Assembly: GCA_049513715.1 (NCBI GenBank)
Contig: JBEKVV010000001.1
Coordinates: forward strand, 480,001-544,000
Reading direction: 5' to 3'
Origin: Candidatus Bathyarchaeia archaeon
GTDB taxonomy: Archaea; Thermoproteota; Bathyarchaeia; 40CM-2-53-6
DNA: 64,000 nt
Shown here piece by piece: positions 50,633 through 59,234 of this stretch; the stretch's first letter is position 1, and each line of letters opens with the position of its first letter. Under the pieces are notes generated by a model that did not search any database, was not told the DNA's origin, and saw only the letters and a list, made by a program, of their open reading frames with translations. The translations under genes and the position numbers were made by a program.

Positions 50633-51247
50633 TTGAAGCTTTGCAGAACTGAGATCTTGATCGATCGAGGGCAATTCTCTGCAAGCGCTGACTGGGCTAA
50701 GGTTCACGCTGAGATTGAGAACGCCATCAGATCCATGGATTGGCCACCGGGATCTGGCAAATTCACATTGTATGATGACGTTGGCAAAGGAACGGGGGAG
50801 GGTAATGGGGTGAAGCCGATCAAAGAAATGTTTGTGCGAAAACTTCGCCAGGAAGGGAAAGGATGGGAGCCTGAGGTGAAGCTTGAGATCCCAGCTCGCA
50901 TATCTCCTGGTCCAATAGATGTTATGCGAAAGATCGGTTCCAAAGAGTTTGCTGTTGAATGGGAAACTGGGAATATCTCTTCGAGTCATCGAGCTATGAA
51001 CAAACTCGCGATGGGTCTGTTGAAAGGCGTTCTCATAGGTGGTACTCTGATAATGCCTACTCGGAAGATGTACACTTACCTTACAGACCGCGTTGGAAGC
51101 TTTGAGGAACTCTCGCCGTATTTTGACATCTGGAAATCCATATCTGTAGATGAAGGGCTGCTTGCCGTCATGGCCGTAGAACATGATGAGGTCAGCAGGG
51201 ACGTACCGAGATTTCCCAAAGGAACTAACGGAAGACATGCCCGATAA
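50633..51247 (+). CDS. BamHI-family type II restriction endonuclease
   Basis: NGVKPIKE, GPIDV, EWETGNISSSHRAMNKL, YLTDRV..FEEL.PYF, PKGTNG. Start placed at TTG 50633. Confidence 0.9.
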   Translation: MKLCRTEILIDRGQFSASADWAKVHAEIENAIRSMDWPPGSGKFTLYDDVGKGTGEGNGVKPIKEMFVRKLRQEGKGWEPEVKLEIPARISPGPIDVMRKIGSKEFAVEWETGNISSSHRAMNKLAMGLLKGVLIGGTLIMPTRKMYTYLTDRVGSFEELSPYFDIWKSISVDEGLLAVMAVEHDEVSRDVPRFPKGTNGRHAR

Positions 51248-51372
51248 TCAAACCTCCGAATGATTAATCGGAAAACTGCCACGCCGGTCAGCATCGACAA
51301 TCGAATGACACGAAGCACAGAGTAAAATGACCGTGTGCATTTCGTCGAAGATCTGCTTGAAACTCAAAGTAG

Positions 51373-51564
51373 TCAAGCCAGCCTCGTAGTTTCTTTTTCT
51401 CTTTCGCGGATCTCTATGAGTTCATTGAGTAGCTTACTCACAAACCCGCTGAAGCTCCTGACGCCTTGCAATCGGTAGCGCTCCCTATCCTTCTCCCAAA
51501 ACTTGCGGTAGTAATTGTACACGTCGTCGGGCACTGTTATCGACTTGTAGCCTTCCCGTGGCAA
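51373..51564 (-). CDS. RHH/CopG-like small regulator
   Basis: GYKSITVPDDVY...SFSGFVSKLL. Confidence 0.7.
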   Translation of the reverse strand: MPREGYKSITVPDDVYNYYRKFWEKDRERYRLQGVRSFSGFVSKLLNELIEIREREKETTRLA

Positions 51565-51729
51565 TCATGTTCAATCCTTTATGCTGGTAGCTGCTGCTTC
51601 GAGATCCCAAGCCAGTAATGCGGAAACTGTGACTTGCCGTGCGTCATACGGGAGCCCTCCCTATGTTTCTCATGGGCTAAATCGTGGAACTCTGCGAGGG
51701 TCAATGGTTCAAACCTGTTTGCATACAGC

Positions 51730-51753
51730 GGTATGCATACCAACGTATATAAA
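51730..51753 (+). promoter_or_regulatory. 12-bp palindrome next to a TATA box
   Basis: GGTATGCATACC (51730-51741), then TATATAAA (51746-51753), between divergent regulator genes. Confidence 0.6.
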
Positions 51754-51789
51754 GATTTGTAAACCATGGCTTGAACGGAGGCCCTAGCG

Positions 51790-51963
51790 GTGGTCAACCA
51801 AGCAGGCAGCAAAATTTACAGGTCAAAAGGACGCCACTCACTTTACTTGCCATCCAGCATAGTGGGCGACGACCGATTCCCCTTCAAAGTTGGCGAAGAA
51901 TTGATGGTGAGAATCGAGGGCGAGCGCCTAGTCGTCGAGAAACTTAGAGGTAGCAAGACTTAG
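51790..51963 (+). CDS. 57-aa AbrB-like protein (not in ORF track)
   Basis: MVNQAGSKIYRSKGRHSLYLPSSIVGDDRFPFKVGEELMVRIEGERLVVEKLRGSKT; GGAGG SD. Confidence 0.75.
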   Translation: MVNQAGSKIYRSKGRHSLYLPSSIVGDDRFPFKVGEELMVRIEGERLVVEKLRGSKT

Positions 51964-53069
51964 AGTGCATTTGATTGCTTGCTTGAGGGGCCGTGAGATC
52001 CTTCTAATGCCTTCTTGAGGTTTTGGCGGAAAGTTTTGCTTTTGAGGAGTTGGTCTACGAAGTCGGCTGGTAGTGGCGGTCTTTGGTTTGCAAGTATATC
52101 TCCACATTCTGTGCAGTACATGGCAATAGGAGAATTTTCTTGGTGGCATTTGGTGCATTTGATTACGTGGGTTAGTGGGCGTAGGATCTCTTCTTTTCGT
52201 TTCATTCCGTGAAGTACGAGGTCTTTGTCTTCGACGTCTCTCATGCTTAGGTGGCTGTAGACGGCTACCATGGCGGGGCTGCTCCAGCCGAACAGTTTCA
52301 TTAATTCTCGGTCTGTGAAGTATCGTGAGTCTTCGGTGGCTCGTGTGTGGCGGAACATTTTGGGTGAGATTGCTTTGTGGAGAATGCGTTGGCCACTGCG
52401 TTTGATCAGCGCGTAGAATCCGTCGCTTTGGTATCCTTCGCCGTTCTCTTTGATTAGGAGCGGCCAGTTTGGTTGGTCTTTGTGGGGGTGGTTGTTCAGG
52501 TAGGCGCGGAGGTCGGGGATGGTGTGGTAGATTCTGCGGCGTCGGACACCTGTTTTCCCTTCGAGGCGGACGATGGCGCCGTATTCGTCGAATTGTACGT
52601 CTTTGATTTTGATTCCGTTGATTTCGGCGCGTCGTCCGCCTAGTTCCCCTAGTAGTTCGAAGGCTAGGCGGGCTGTGGGTGTGGGGGCTTGCCGGATTAG
52701 TTGGGCTTGTTCTTCGGGTGTGAGGGTTTGGATGGTGGCTGCTGGGTCGGTGATTCTGGGTGTGTCGATGTGTTCGAGTAGTTCTTTTCGGCCGAGGAAC
52801 TTCAATGCCTGGCGGATCAGTACTACGTGGAGTCGGTAGCTGGCTGGTTTGTGTTCTCTGCGGAATGCGTTCAAATGTTCCAGAAGCGGGTCTCGGGTGA
52901 CCGATACCAGGTCGACCTTGTACTTGTCACGTAGCCTGGTGAGGTTCAATACGGCAGTTTCCACTGAGGACTCAACGTTACCTTTACGCCGAAGCTTATC
53001 AGCGAACTCCTCAAGCCAGGTACGTTGAACTGTAACACCCAAAGTGGAGGCCGTACCGCACCGTACCAC
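51960..53069 (-). CDS. Tyrosine recombinase/integrase with C-terminal zinc ribbon (KxxR variant)
   Basis: LGGRRAEI, GKTG, SPKMFRHTRAT, FGW, VYSH, CTKC...CTEC. Confidence 0.9.
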   Translation of the reverse strand: MVRCGTASTLGVTVQRTWLEEFADKLRRKGNVESSVETAVLNLTRLRDKYKVDLVSVTRDPLLEHLNAFRREHKPASYRLHVVLIRQALKFLGRKELLEHIDTPRITDPAATIQTLTPEEQAQLIRQAPTPTARLAFELLGELGGRRAEINGIKIKDVQFDEYGAIVRLEGKTGVRRRRIYHTIPDLRAYLNNHPHKDQPNWPLLIKENGEGYQSDGFYALIKRSGQRILHKAISPKMFRHTRATEDSRYFTDRELMKLFGWSSPAMVAVYSHLSMRDVEDKDLVLHGMKRKEEILRPLTHVIKCTKCHQENSPIAMYCTECGDILANQRPPLPADFVDQLLKSKTFRQNLKKALEGSHGPSSKQSNAL

Positions 53070-53094
53070 ACTTAGGTATTAACGATTTCCGGCA

Positions 53095-53110
53095 GGGAAA
53101 CTTTAAGTTT
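53095..53110 (+). promoter_or_regulatory. BRE/TATA promoter of pyrG
   Basis: GGAAACTTTAAG about 25 nt before the ATG, consistent with a leaderless transcript. Confidence 0.55.
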
Positions 53111-53131
53111 CACAAATGCATGAGCTGATTT

Positions 53132-54787
53132 ATGCCGACAGATACGAAGTTCCTTTTCATCACCGGCGGCGTCATGTCGGGAATCGGAAAAGGCGTAACC
53201 GCTGCATCATCAGCAAAAATCCTCCAAACCCGAGGCTTCAAGGTTTCCGTAATGAAGATCGACCCCTACCTGAATGTTGACGCTGGAACCATGAACCCCG
53301 TTGCACACGGCGAAGTTTTCGTCACGGACGACGGTGGAGAAATTGACATGGATCTCGGAACCTACGAAAGGTTCCTCGACCTAAATCTAACACGCGCCCA
53401 CAACACGACGACCGGCCAAATCTACACGGCCGTCATAAACAAGGAGAGGCGCGGCGACTTTCTCGGACAATGCGTCCAAATCATTCCCCACATTACGGAC
53501 GAAATCAAATCCGTCATACGAGGAATAGCAACCAAAGTGCAACCACATGTGCTCTTCGTGGAAGTTGGGGGCACAGTGGGTGACATTGAAAGTCTTCCCT
53601 ATTTGGAAGCAGCCCGTGAACTCAGACTAGAGCTGGGTCAAAGAAACGTTCTCTTCGCTCACGTCACGTTGGTCCCTGTCCTAGATGTTGTGGGTGAGCA
53701 GAAGACAAAGCCAACGCAACACAGCGTTCAGGAACTGAGGAGAATCGGAATCCAACCAGACCTAATTGTGGCGAGGAGCACCGTTCCAGTGCTCGCCGGG
53801 CCAAAGAGGAAGATTGCGTTGTTCTGCAACGTCGAGGAGCGTGCCGTCTTCTCGTCAACTGATCAACCCATAATCTACAACGCCCCTTTGGAGCTTGATG
53901 CACAGGGTATGGGTGATTTCCTCCAGGAGCGATTTGGTTTTGAAAATAGACCGGCGGACTGGGGTGATTGGAAACGAACAGTCGACCGGATGGCTAACCC
54001 GCATCATGTGATTCGAGTAGCTTTGTGCGGGAAATACGCGGAACTCGCTGACTCTTACGTTAGCGTAAACGAGGCATTGAAGCACGCCGGAGCAGCATGC
54101 GACGCTAAAGTGGAAATTGAGTGGATTGAAACCGAGATTTTCGAAGATAACGCTGCCAACTGTTCAGTTCTTTCACGGTTTGATGGAATTCTAGTGCCCG
54201 GCGGTTTCGGTTCAAGGGGTACTGAGGGCAAGATTGCAGCCTTATCGTACGCCCGCGAAAACAATATCCCAACCCTGGGAATCTGTTTCGGCTTTCAACT
54301 AGCAGTGGTCGAGTTCGCTAGGCACCTTGGCCTCAAGGGAGCCAACAGCACTGAAATCGACCCCAAGACATCCTACCCCGTAATCGACCTAATGCCTGAA
54401 CAACGCAGCGTAAATTCGAAAGGGGCCACGATGCGGCTGGGAGCCAACGGAATCCGCCTCACACCCAAAACAACTGCGAACTTGCTGTACGGACGTGAAG
54501 TAATTTCGGAAAGGCACAGGCACCGCTACGAAGTAAACCCCGACTACATCGACCGTATTGTCAAGGCCGAGGGCGTGTTTTCCGGAACGACGATGGACGG
54601 AACTCGCATGGAAATTTTCGAGCTACCCAGCAAGTACTATTATCTTGGAACACAGTTCCACGGCGAATTCAAATCGAGGCCAGCGAGGCCCTCACCGCCC
54701 TACTACGGCCTAATCAAGGCAGCCCTTGATCGAAAGACAGGGAAACCAGCAGCTGAATTCGCGCCTCTAATTCAAGCAGCAGCCTAA
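53132..54787 (+). CDS. pyrG: CTP synthase
   Basis: TGGVMSGIGKG, KIDPYLN, KTKPTQHSV, GICFG, RHRHRYE, QFHGE. Confidence 0.98.
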   Translation: MPTDTKFLFITGGVMSGIGKGVTAASSAKILQTRGFKVSVMKIDPYLNVDAGTMNPVAHGEVFVTDDGGEIDMDLGTYERFLDLNLTRAHNTTTGQIYTAVINKERRGDFLGQCVQIIPHITDEIKSVIRGIATKVQPHVLFVEVGGTVGDIESLPYLEAARELRLELGQRNVLFAHVTLVPVLDVVGEQKTKPTQHSVQELRRIGIQPDLIVARSTVPVLAGPKRKIALFCNVEERAVFSSTDQPIIYNAPLELDAQGMGDFLQERFGFENRPADWGDWKRTVDRMANPHHVIRVALCGKYAELADSYVSVNEALKHAGAACDAKVEIEWIETEIFEDNAANCSVLSRFDGILVPGGFGSRGTEGKIAALSYARENNIPTLGICFGFQLAVVEFARHLGLKGANSTEIDPKTSYPVIDLMPEQRSVNSKGATMRLGANGIRLTPKTTANLLYGREVISERHRHRYEVNPDYIDRIVKAEGVFSGTTMDGTRMEIFELPSKYYYLGTQFHGEFKSRPARPSPPYYGLIKAALDRKTGKPAAEFAPLIQAAA

Positions 54788-54894
54788 GCCAGGCTGCAAC
54801 GCGTGAACCGAAATGGCATTACTTTCTCCACGAAGTGGCATTACTTCGTAATCCCCTTTGCACCTTCCCGTTTGACTGAACATTTTGTGGCATG

Positions 54895-55749
54895 CTAGCC
54901 TTTGTCCAGAAATCCTAACGCGTACTGGGCTCGGTCATCGCCGATTGTGTGTCGCTTCCTGAAACACATCCTGTAGCCTCTGTTGGTAATTCGAAATCCA
55001 TTCTTCCTAAGCAAGGCAAGTTCGTTACGGTGGTTGAGGAGGCAGGCTATCTCGACTGGTTGTCTTGCGGCTTTGCCTAGAGCCGTATCCAATATTTCTC
55101 CTGAGTCTCCTTTTTGCGGTTTGATGCAAACCCAAGGGCCGAACTCACACATGTCCTCGTATTGCTTGACGAACAAGTAAGAGAGGCTAGCTTTGCCGTG
55201 TTCGGCACCCACGTACCATCCAATTCGTTTTCGCAGCAGCAGTCGAATCAGCTTGCTTCGGTCTGCGCCGAACGCTTTCCTGTCTGCCGATAGGATTCTA
55301 TCAACTGTTGGCGTGCGCAGGCTTCTTGGATCTGAATTCCTGAGCGGCGCTGGTTTCCTCTTCCGCCTGAGTCGCGCGAACCGCGCGTCTTTCACGAATC
55401 CCAGGTTTCCGTAGAACTCTACGTTTTCGTTGAAGCAGTAGAGGACGATTCGTTTTACGCCGGATTTCTGCAGGTGACTTACAGCATGTTCTACCAGGCT
55501 AGTGCCGATGTGTTTTCCACGGTATGTCCTATCCACGACCACGTTGCCTATCCAAGCAGCTTCTCGGCCGTAGCTAGTTGTTGTGGCTAGGCCGAGTTTT
55601 CTGTATCCATCATATGCTAAGAAGCATCCGCGTGGGGAAAGGGTCAGAACCCTCTCGAAATCTCTGCGGCTGATTCCCCATTTTTCTTGGTTCGATAGTC
55701 TGATGGCGAAGGGTATGTCTTCCTGGCGCAGTGCCTTGATCTTGAACAT
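54895..55749 (-). CDS. GNAT family acetyltransferase
   Basis: WIGNVVVDRTYRGKHIG, FYGNLGF, DRKAFGADR second domain. Confidence 0.88.
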   Translation of the reverse strand: MFKIKALRQEDIPFAIRLSNQEKWGISRRDFERVLTLSPRGCFLAYDGYRKLGLATTTSYGREAAWIGNVVVDRTYRGKHIGTSLVEHAVSHLQKSGVKRIVLYCFNENVEFYGNLGFVKDARFARLRRKRKPAPLRNSDPRSLRTPTVDRILSADRKAFGADRSKLIRLLLRKRIGWYVGAEHGKASLSYLFVKQYEDMCEFGPWVCIKPQKGDSGEILDTALGKAARQPVEIACLLNHRNELALLRKNGFRITNRGYRMCFRKRHTIGDDRAQYALGFLDKG

Positions 55750-55771
55750 GAGCCAGCGGCTCGGTCTTAAA

Positions 55772-57085
55772 TCACGGGCGGAGGCGGTTAATCAATCTTG
55801 GAAATGCAATCGCGTCCCGGATATGTTCCAACTTGCACATCCAAGTCAGGGTGCGTTCAATTCCCATTCCGAACCCTGAGTGTGGGACCGTGCCATACCG
55901 CCGAAGGTCGACGTACCAACTGTAATCCTCGGCCTTCAAACTCTCTTCGTCAATGCGGGCGAGGAGTTGCTTCAAATCGTGAATGCGCTGCCCTCCCCCA
56001 GTGATTTCCCCGTACCCTTCCGGTGCGAGCAGGTCCGCTGATAGCGTAACCTTCGGGTTCTTGGGGTCCGGCATGTGGTAGAAAGCTTTCACACTTTTCG
56101 GAAAACGGTGTACGAAGAATGGAATCTCAAAGCCTTCCGTGACAACTTTCTCTTCCTCAAACCCCAGGTCAATTCCCCACTTGAAGTCTGGCCTCGACTT
56201 CTGAACCAGGTTTACGGCTTCGTCGTAAGTGATTCTGGAGAACGGTGGTTTGACAGCGGCCAACTGTTCTGGGTCCCGCCCGACCAATTTCAATTCCTCA
56301 GGCATCTCTTCTCGGATGCGTTGGCAGACATGGCTGACAAGTTCTTCTTCGAGTTGCATTAGTCCCTCCAGATCCATCCAAGGCTCCTCGACTTCCAAAT
56401 GCCAATACTCGGTCAGGTGTCGCCTCGTCCTAGATTTTTCGGCGCGGAATGATGGTGCAAGCGTGAAGATTTTTCCAACACTCGCGAGCATGGCTTCAGC
56501 GTAGAGTTGCCAGCTCTGAGTCAGGTACGCTTTCTGGTCGAAGTACTTGACCTCGAAGAGCGTTGAGCCACCTTCAACGGCGGCCGTCACGAGTATCGGC
56601 ATCTGCACCTCGAGGAAGCCACGGTCAATTAGCCACCTGCGAAATTCGTCAATCATTCGCCCGCGAATCCGCATTATCGCCTGCATCTTGGGGTCACGAA
56701 TCCACAGGTGCCGGGTGTCAAGAAGGAAATCGGGACCGTGGTACTTCTTTGCTATCGGATATTCGTCCTCAGCCCGATAGAGGATTGTGACTTTCTCGCT
56801 TGAGATTTCATATCCACGGGGTGCACGCGGATCCTTCTTCACCTCTCCAGAGATTTCGACGGTGCTTTCAATTGGGATTGCTCTTAGGCGCTCAAATTCT
56901 TGCGGCTCAACTTTGTCTTTCTTAAGTGTACATTGGATCAGGCCAGTTCCGTCGCGGAATTGAAGGAACAGTATGCCGCCGCTACTTCGAATGTGGTGGA
57001 GCCAGCCCTTCAAGACTACTTTCTGTTCGTCGTATTTCCCAGCGAAGATTTCCGTTACGGTCGGTGCTGTTTTCAAATAATTCAT
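55772..57085 (-). CDS. asnS: Asparaginyl-tRNA synthetase
   Basis: OB fold, YLTQSWQLY, FRAEKSRTRRHLTEYW, GEITGGGQR, GFGMGIER. Confidence 0.92.
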   Translation of the reverse strand: MNYLKTAPTVTEIFAGKYDEQKVVLKGWLHHIRSSGGILFLQFRDGTGLIQCTLKKDKVEPQEFERLRAIPIESTVEISGEVKKDPRAPRGYEISSEKVTILYRAEDEYPIAKKYHGPDFLLDTRHLWIRDPKMQAIMRIRGRMIDEFRRWLIDRGFLEVQMPILVTAAVEGGSTLFEVKYFDQKAYLTQSWQLYAEAMLASVGKIFTLAPSFRAEKSRTRRHLTEYWHLEVEEPWMDLEGLMQLEEELVSHVCQRIREEMPEELKLVGRDPEQLAAVKPPFSRITYDEAVNLVQKSRPDFKWGIDLGFEEEKVVTEGFEIPFFVHRFPKSVKAFYHMPDPKNPKVTLSADLLAPEGYGEITGGGQRIHDLKQLLARIDEESLKAEDYSWYVDLRRYGTVPHSGFGMGIERTLTWMCKLEHIRDAIAFPRLINRLRP

Positions 57086-57371
57086 TCTCCAAAAGAAATG
57101 CAATATGCCCTCTGGGGGCTGAGCGCAGAAGCGCTATGCGGTCCGTGTTGATGCGTTAAAGCGGCCACCCATAGGTTGGGCACCATCTGAGAGCAATGGA
57201 AGTTCAATATTTAAGGCAATGCGGAAACTTTCGACTGGCTCTCTCACAGTCCAAACAAGCTTCACAATGGTCTCGTAAGTAACGGAAGGTTATCTGTCTC
57301 TGTCGGTGGCCGGGGGTCCCTCTGGCATTTATCTGAATCTTGGTCACTATTACTGGTCGGTCAAGCTGCCC

Positions 57372-59234
57372 ATGTCGTCATTGTTGAGTGCCAATGTGAA
57401 GCGGTTAGGGCAAATCCTCAAGGACGGAGCTGAAGGCCAAGTTGGCGAAAGCGGCGAGCGACTCGAAGGTGCGAGCCGTTCTTATTGGCCTCTTGTCAGC
57501 AAATTGCTCGTCTCAGACTTCAATTTCGAAAGATCATCGCAGGAAGCCAACGCGCTCTTCAAGAAACCGATGGCGAAATTCGCGGCGGTCGACGGCTCAC
57601 TCGACCAAAACTTACTCGGAGGATTAGCGGTATTCTGGGCTGGAGCGTACGCAGCAACTGGAACAATTTCGTATGCGCCAGAGAAGGCCCCCCATGTCAC
57701 ATACGACACGGGTTTCATTGAGAAAGGACATGGATTGGCAAGTTGTGTCCCAATTTACGTTGATTCAATACCAGATGTCGAACCACAAATGACGCTCAAC
57801 CGGTCGGGAAGTCAGACAATATCACGGACACAGACCGAAGAGTCGACAGTAGACAACTCTGTGATCGCTGATTGGATAATGCTTTTTTCCGAACTCTACC
57901 TAACTTACGTACTTGCAAAATCGAAGGAATATCAGATAATCCTCCTGGATCGTTCACTGTCAGGGACACAATCAAGCCTGATTCGGGACACATCAAAGCG
58001 TCCACTTTGGAAGCGCCAGTGTGCTGTGCTCGGCCTGGAAATTGACGGCGAAAAGTTGAGTGAACAGGATTTGGCGTTCGGGAGGTACCGCACGCTCGAC
58101 CAGGACAGTTCATTACCGCCTCGGGGTGACTACCTCCGCCACGCCGCAATTTTCCTTTTAGAAAAAGTCGGAAAGCCCCTAGCCCTATCCGAGATCGCTG
58201 ACAAACTGAACCTCAAAGACCATGACAGGGTTGAGAAGTTGGCACGATTCATCAATAAAGCGACCAAAGAAGGAAAGTACTTCCAAGAATCGGGCGGCAA
58301 ATACTCACTAATGCCGCCACTCTCAACGACTTGGACTAGAATAACGAAACTTGTCGAGCTCTTCGGCGATCGCTTCTTCAAGAGTAGCAGCGCAAACCCC
58401 CTACAGGTCTCTGACGGGAAGCAACAGCGATGGGTTTCTACTCTCGACTTGGCGTTCCTATGCTTGTTTACGCTTAATCTTCTGATTGAGAATTGTCGCC
58501 AAAACGGTATGCTGCTGGTTGGCATTACCAAGGACACTACTGCGAGGGATTTCGTCACTCACCTTATCCCAATAGCCACGCAGGAGAACCTATGGAGTCC
58601 CAAAATTGAGCACGTATCCACTACCGACAGAATGCTGCTGCAGGCAATCAGCATGTTCCAGCACGATAAGGTACCTGTGCCTTGGGCGTCAGTTGAGTAT
58701 GACACCGCGTTTCAAACAATGGTGCTAGATTTTGAGCACAGGCAAGGGTTTGTTTCGGGTGCGGTGCAAAACCGAATCATACTGGAGCAGCTCTTTGTCA
58801 AGTCCTACATTCAACTGGACAAGGCGAAATCAGACGACCAGTTCAGAAGTAACGTCCTCTTCATCGATAGGCTCTACTTTCCCTCTGAGAAAGCACCAAC
58901 TCTCAAGTTGAAACATGAGTATGGCGGAGCGGTGGAAGATGTCGAACCCGTTCTCTGGCCCAGTAATGCGTCCCAGAACCGCATTCAGGAATTGCTGATG
59001 GTGACGCTCAAGGCGATGACTCACCAAAGCGTCCCTGAAGTCTTCGGTCATAATATGCCATTATTCATTGCCGACAAGATCGCAAAGGCCCAACGAAGTC
59101 AGGCCTCGGAAATGGTGAAGGCCATGGGTCATTGGCTCATTTCACATCCAAAATTGCGCAAGTATTCATTCTACATGAACACATTCAGAGAAAGAAGGAG
59201 TGAGGTTGAAAGTGCTAGAAGCAGAGCTCGGTAG
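57372..59234 (+). CDS. nurA: NurA-domain nuclease with internal winged-helix insertion
   Basis: FAAVDGS, ILLDRSL, VGITKD, PLFIADKIAK; overlaps herA. Start placed at MSSLL. Confidence 0.8.
   Translation: MSSLLSANVKRLGQILKDGAEGQVGESGERLEGASRSYWPLVSKLLVSDFNFERSSQEANALFKKPMAKFAAVDGSLDQNLLGGLAVFWAGAYAATGTISYAPEKAPHVTYDTGFIEKGHGLASCVPIYVDSIPDVEPQMTLNRSGSQTISRTQTEESTVDNSVIADWIMLFSELYLTYVLAKSKEYQIILLDRSLSGTQSSLIRDTSKRPLWKRQCAVLGLEIDGEKLSEQDLAFGRYRTLDQDSSLPPRGDYLRHAAIFLLEKVGKPLALSEIADKLNLKDHDRVEKLARFINKATKEGKYFQESGGKYSLMPPLSTTWTRITKLVELFGDRFFKSSSANPLQVSDGKQQRWVSTLDLAFLCLFTLNLLIENCRQNGMLLVGITKDTTARDFVTHLIPIATQENLWSPKIEHVSTTDRMLLQAISMFQHDKVPVPWASVEYDTAFQTMVLDFEHRQGFVSGAVQNRIILEQLFVKSYIQLDKAKSDDQFRSNVLFIDRLYFPSEKAPTLKLKHEYGGAVEDVEPVLWPSNASQNRIQELLMVTLKAMTHQSVPEVFGHNMPLFIADKIAKAQRSQASEMVKAMGHWLISHPKLRKYSFYMNTFRERRSEVESARSRAR

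Noticed and set aside
50585..51238. Long antisense ORFs (also 62681-63373, 13818-14345, 4919-5479 and similar)
   Set aside because: They are shadow or alternate frames of well-supported genes and carry no motifs.
54813..54850. TGGCATTACTT direct repeat and hairpin after pyrG
   Set aside because: Only two copies lie between convergent genes. It is probably a terminator or local duplication, too weak to call.
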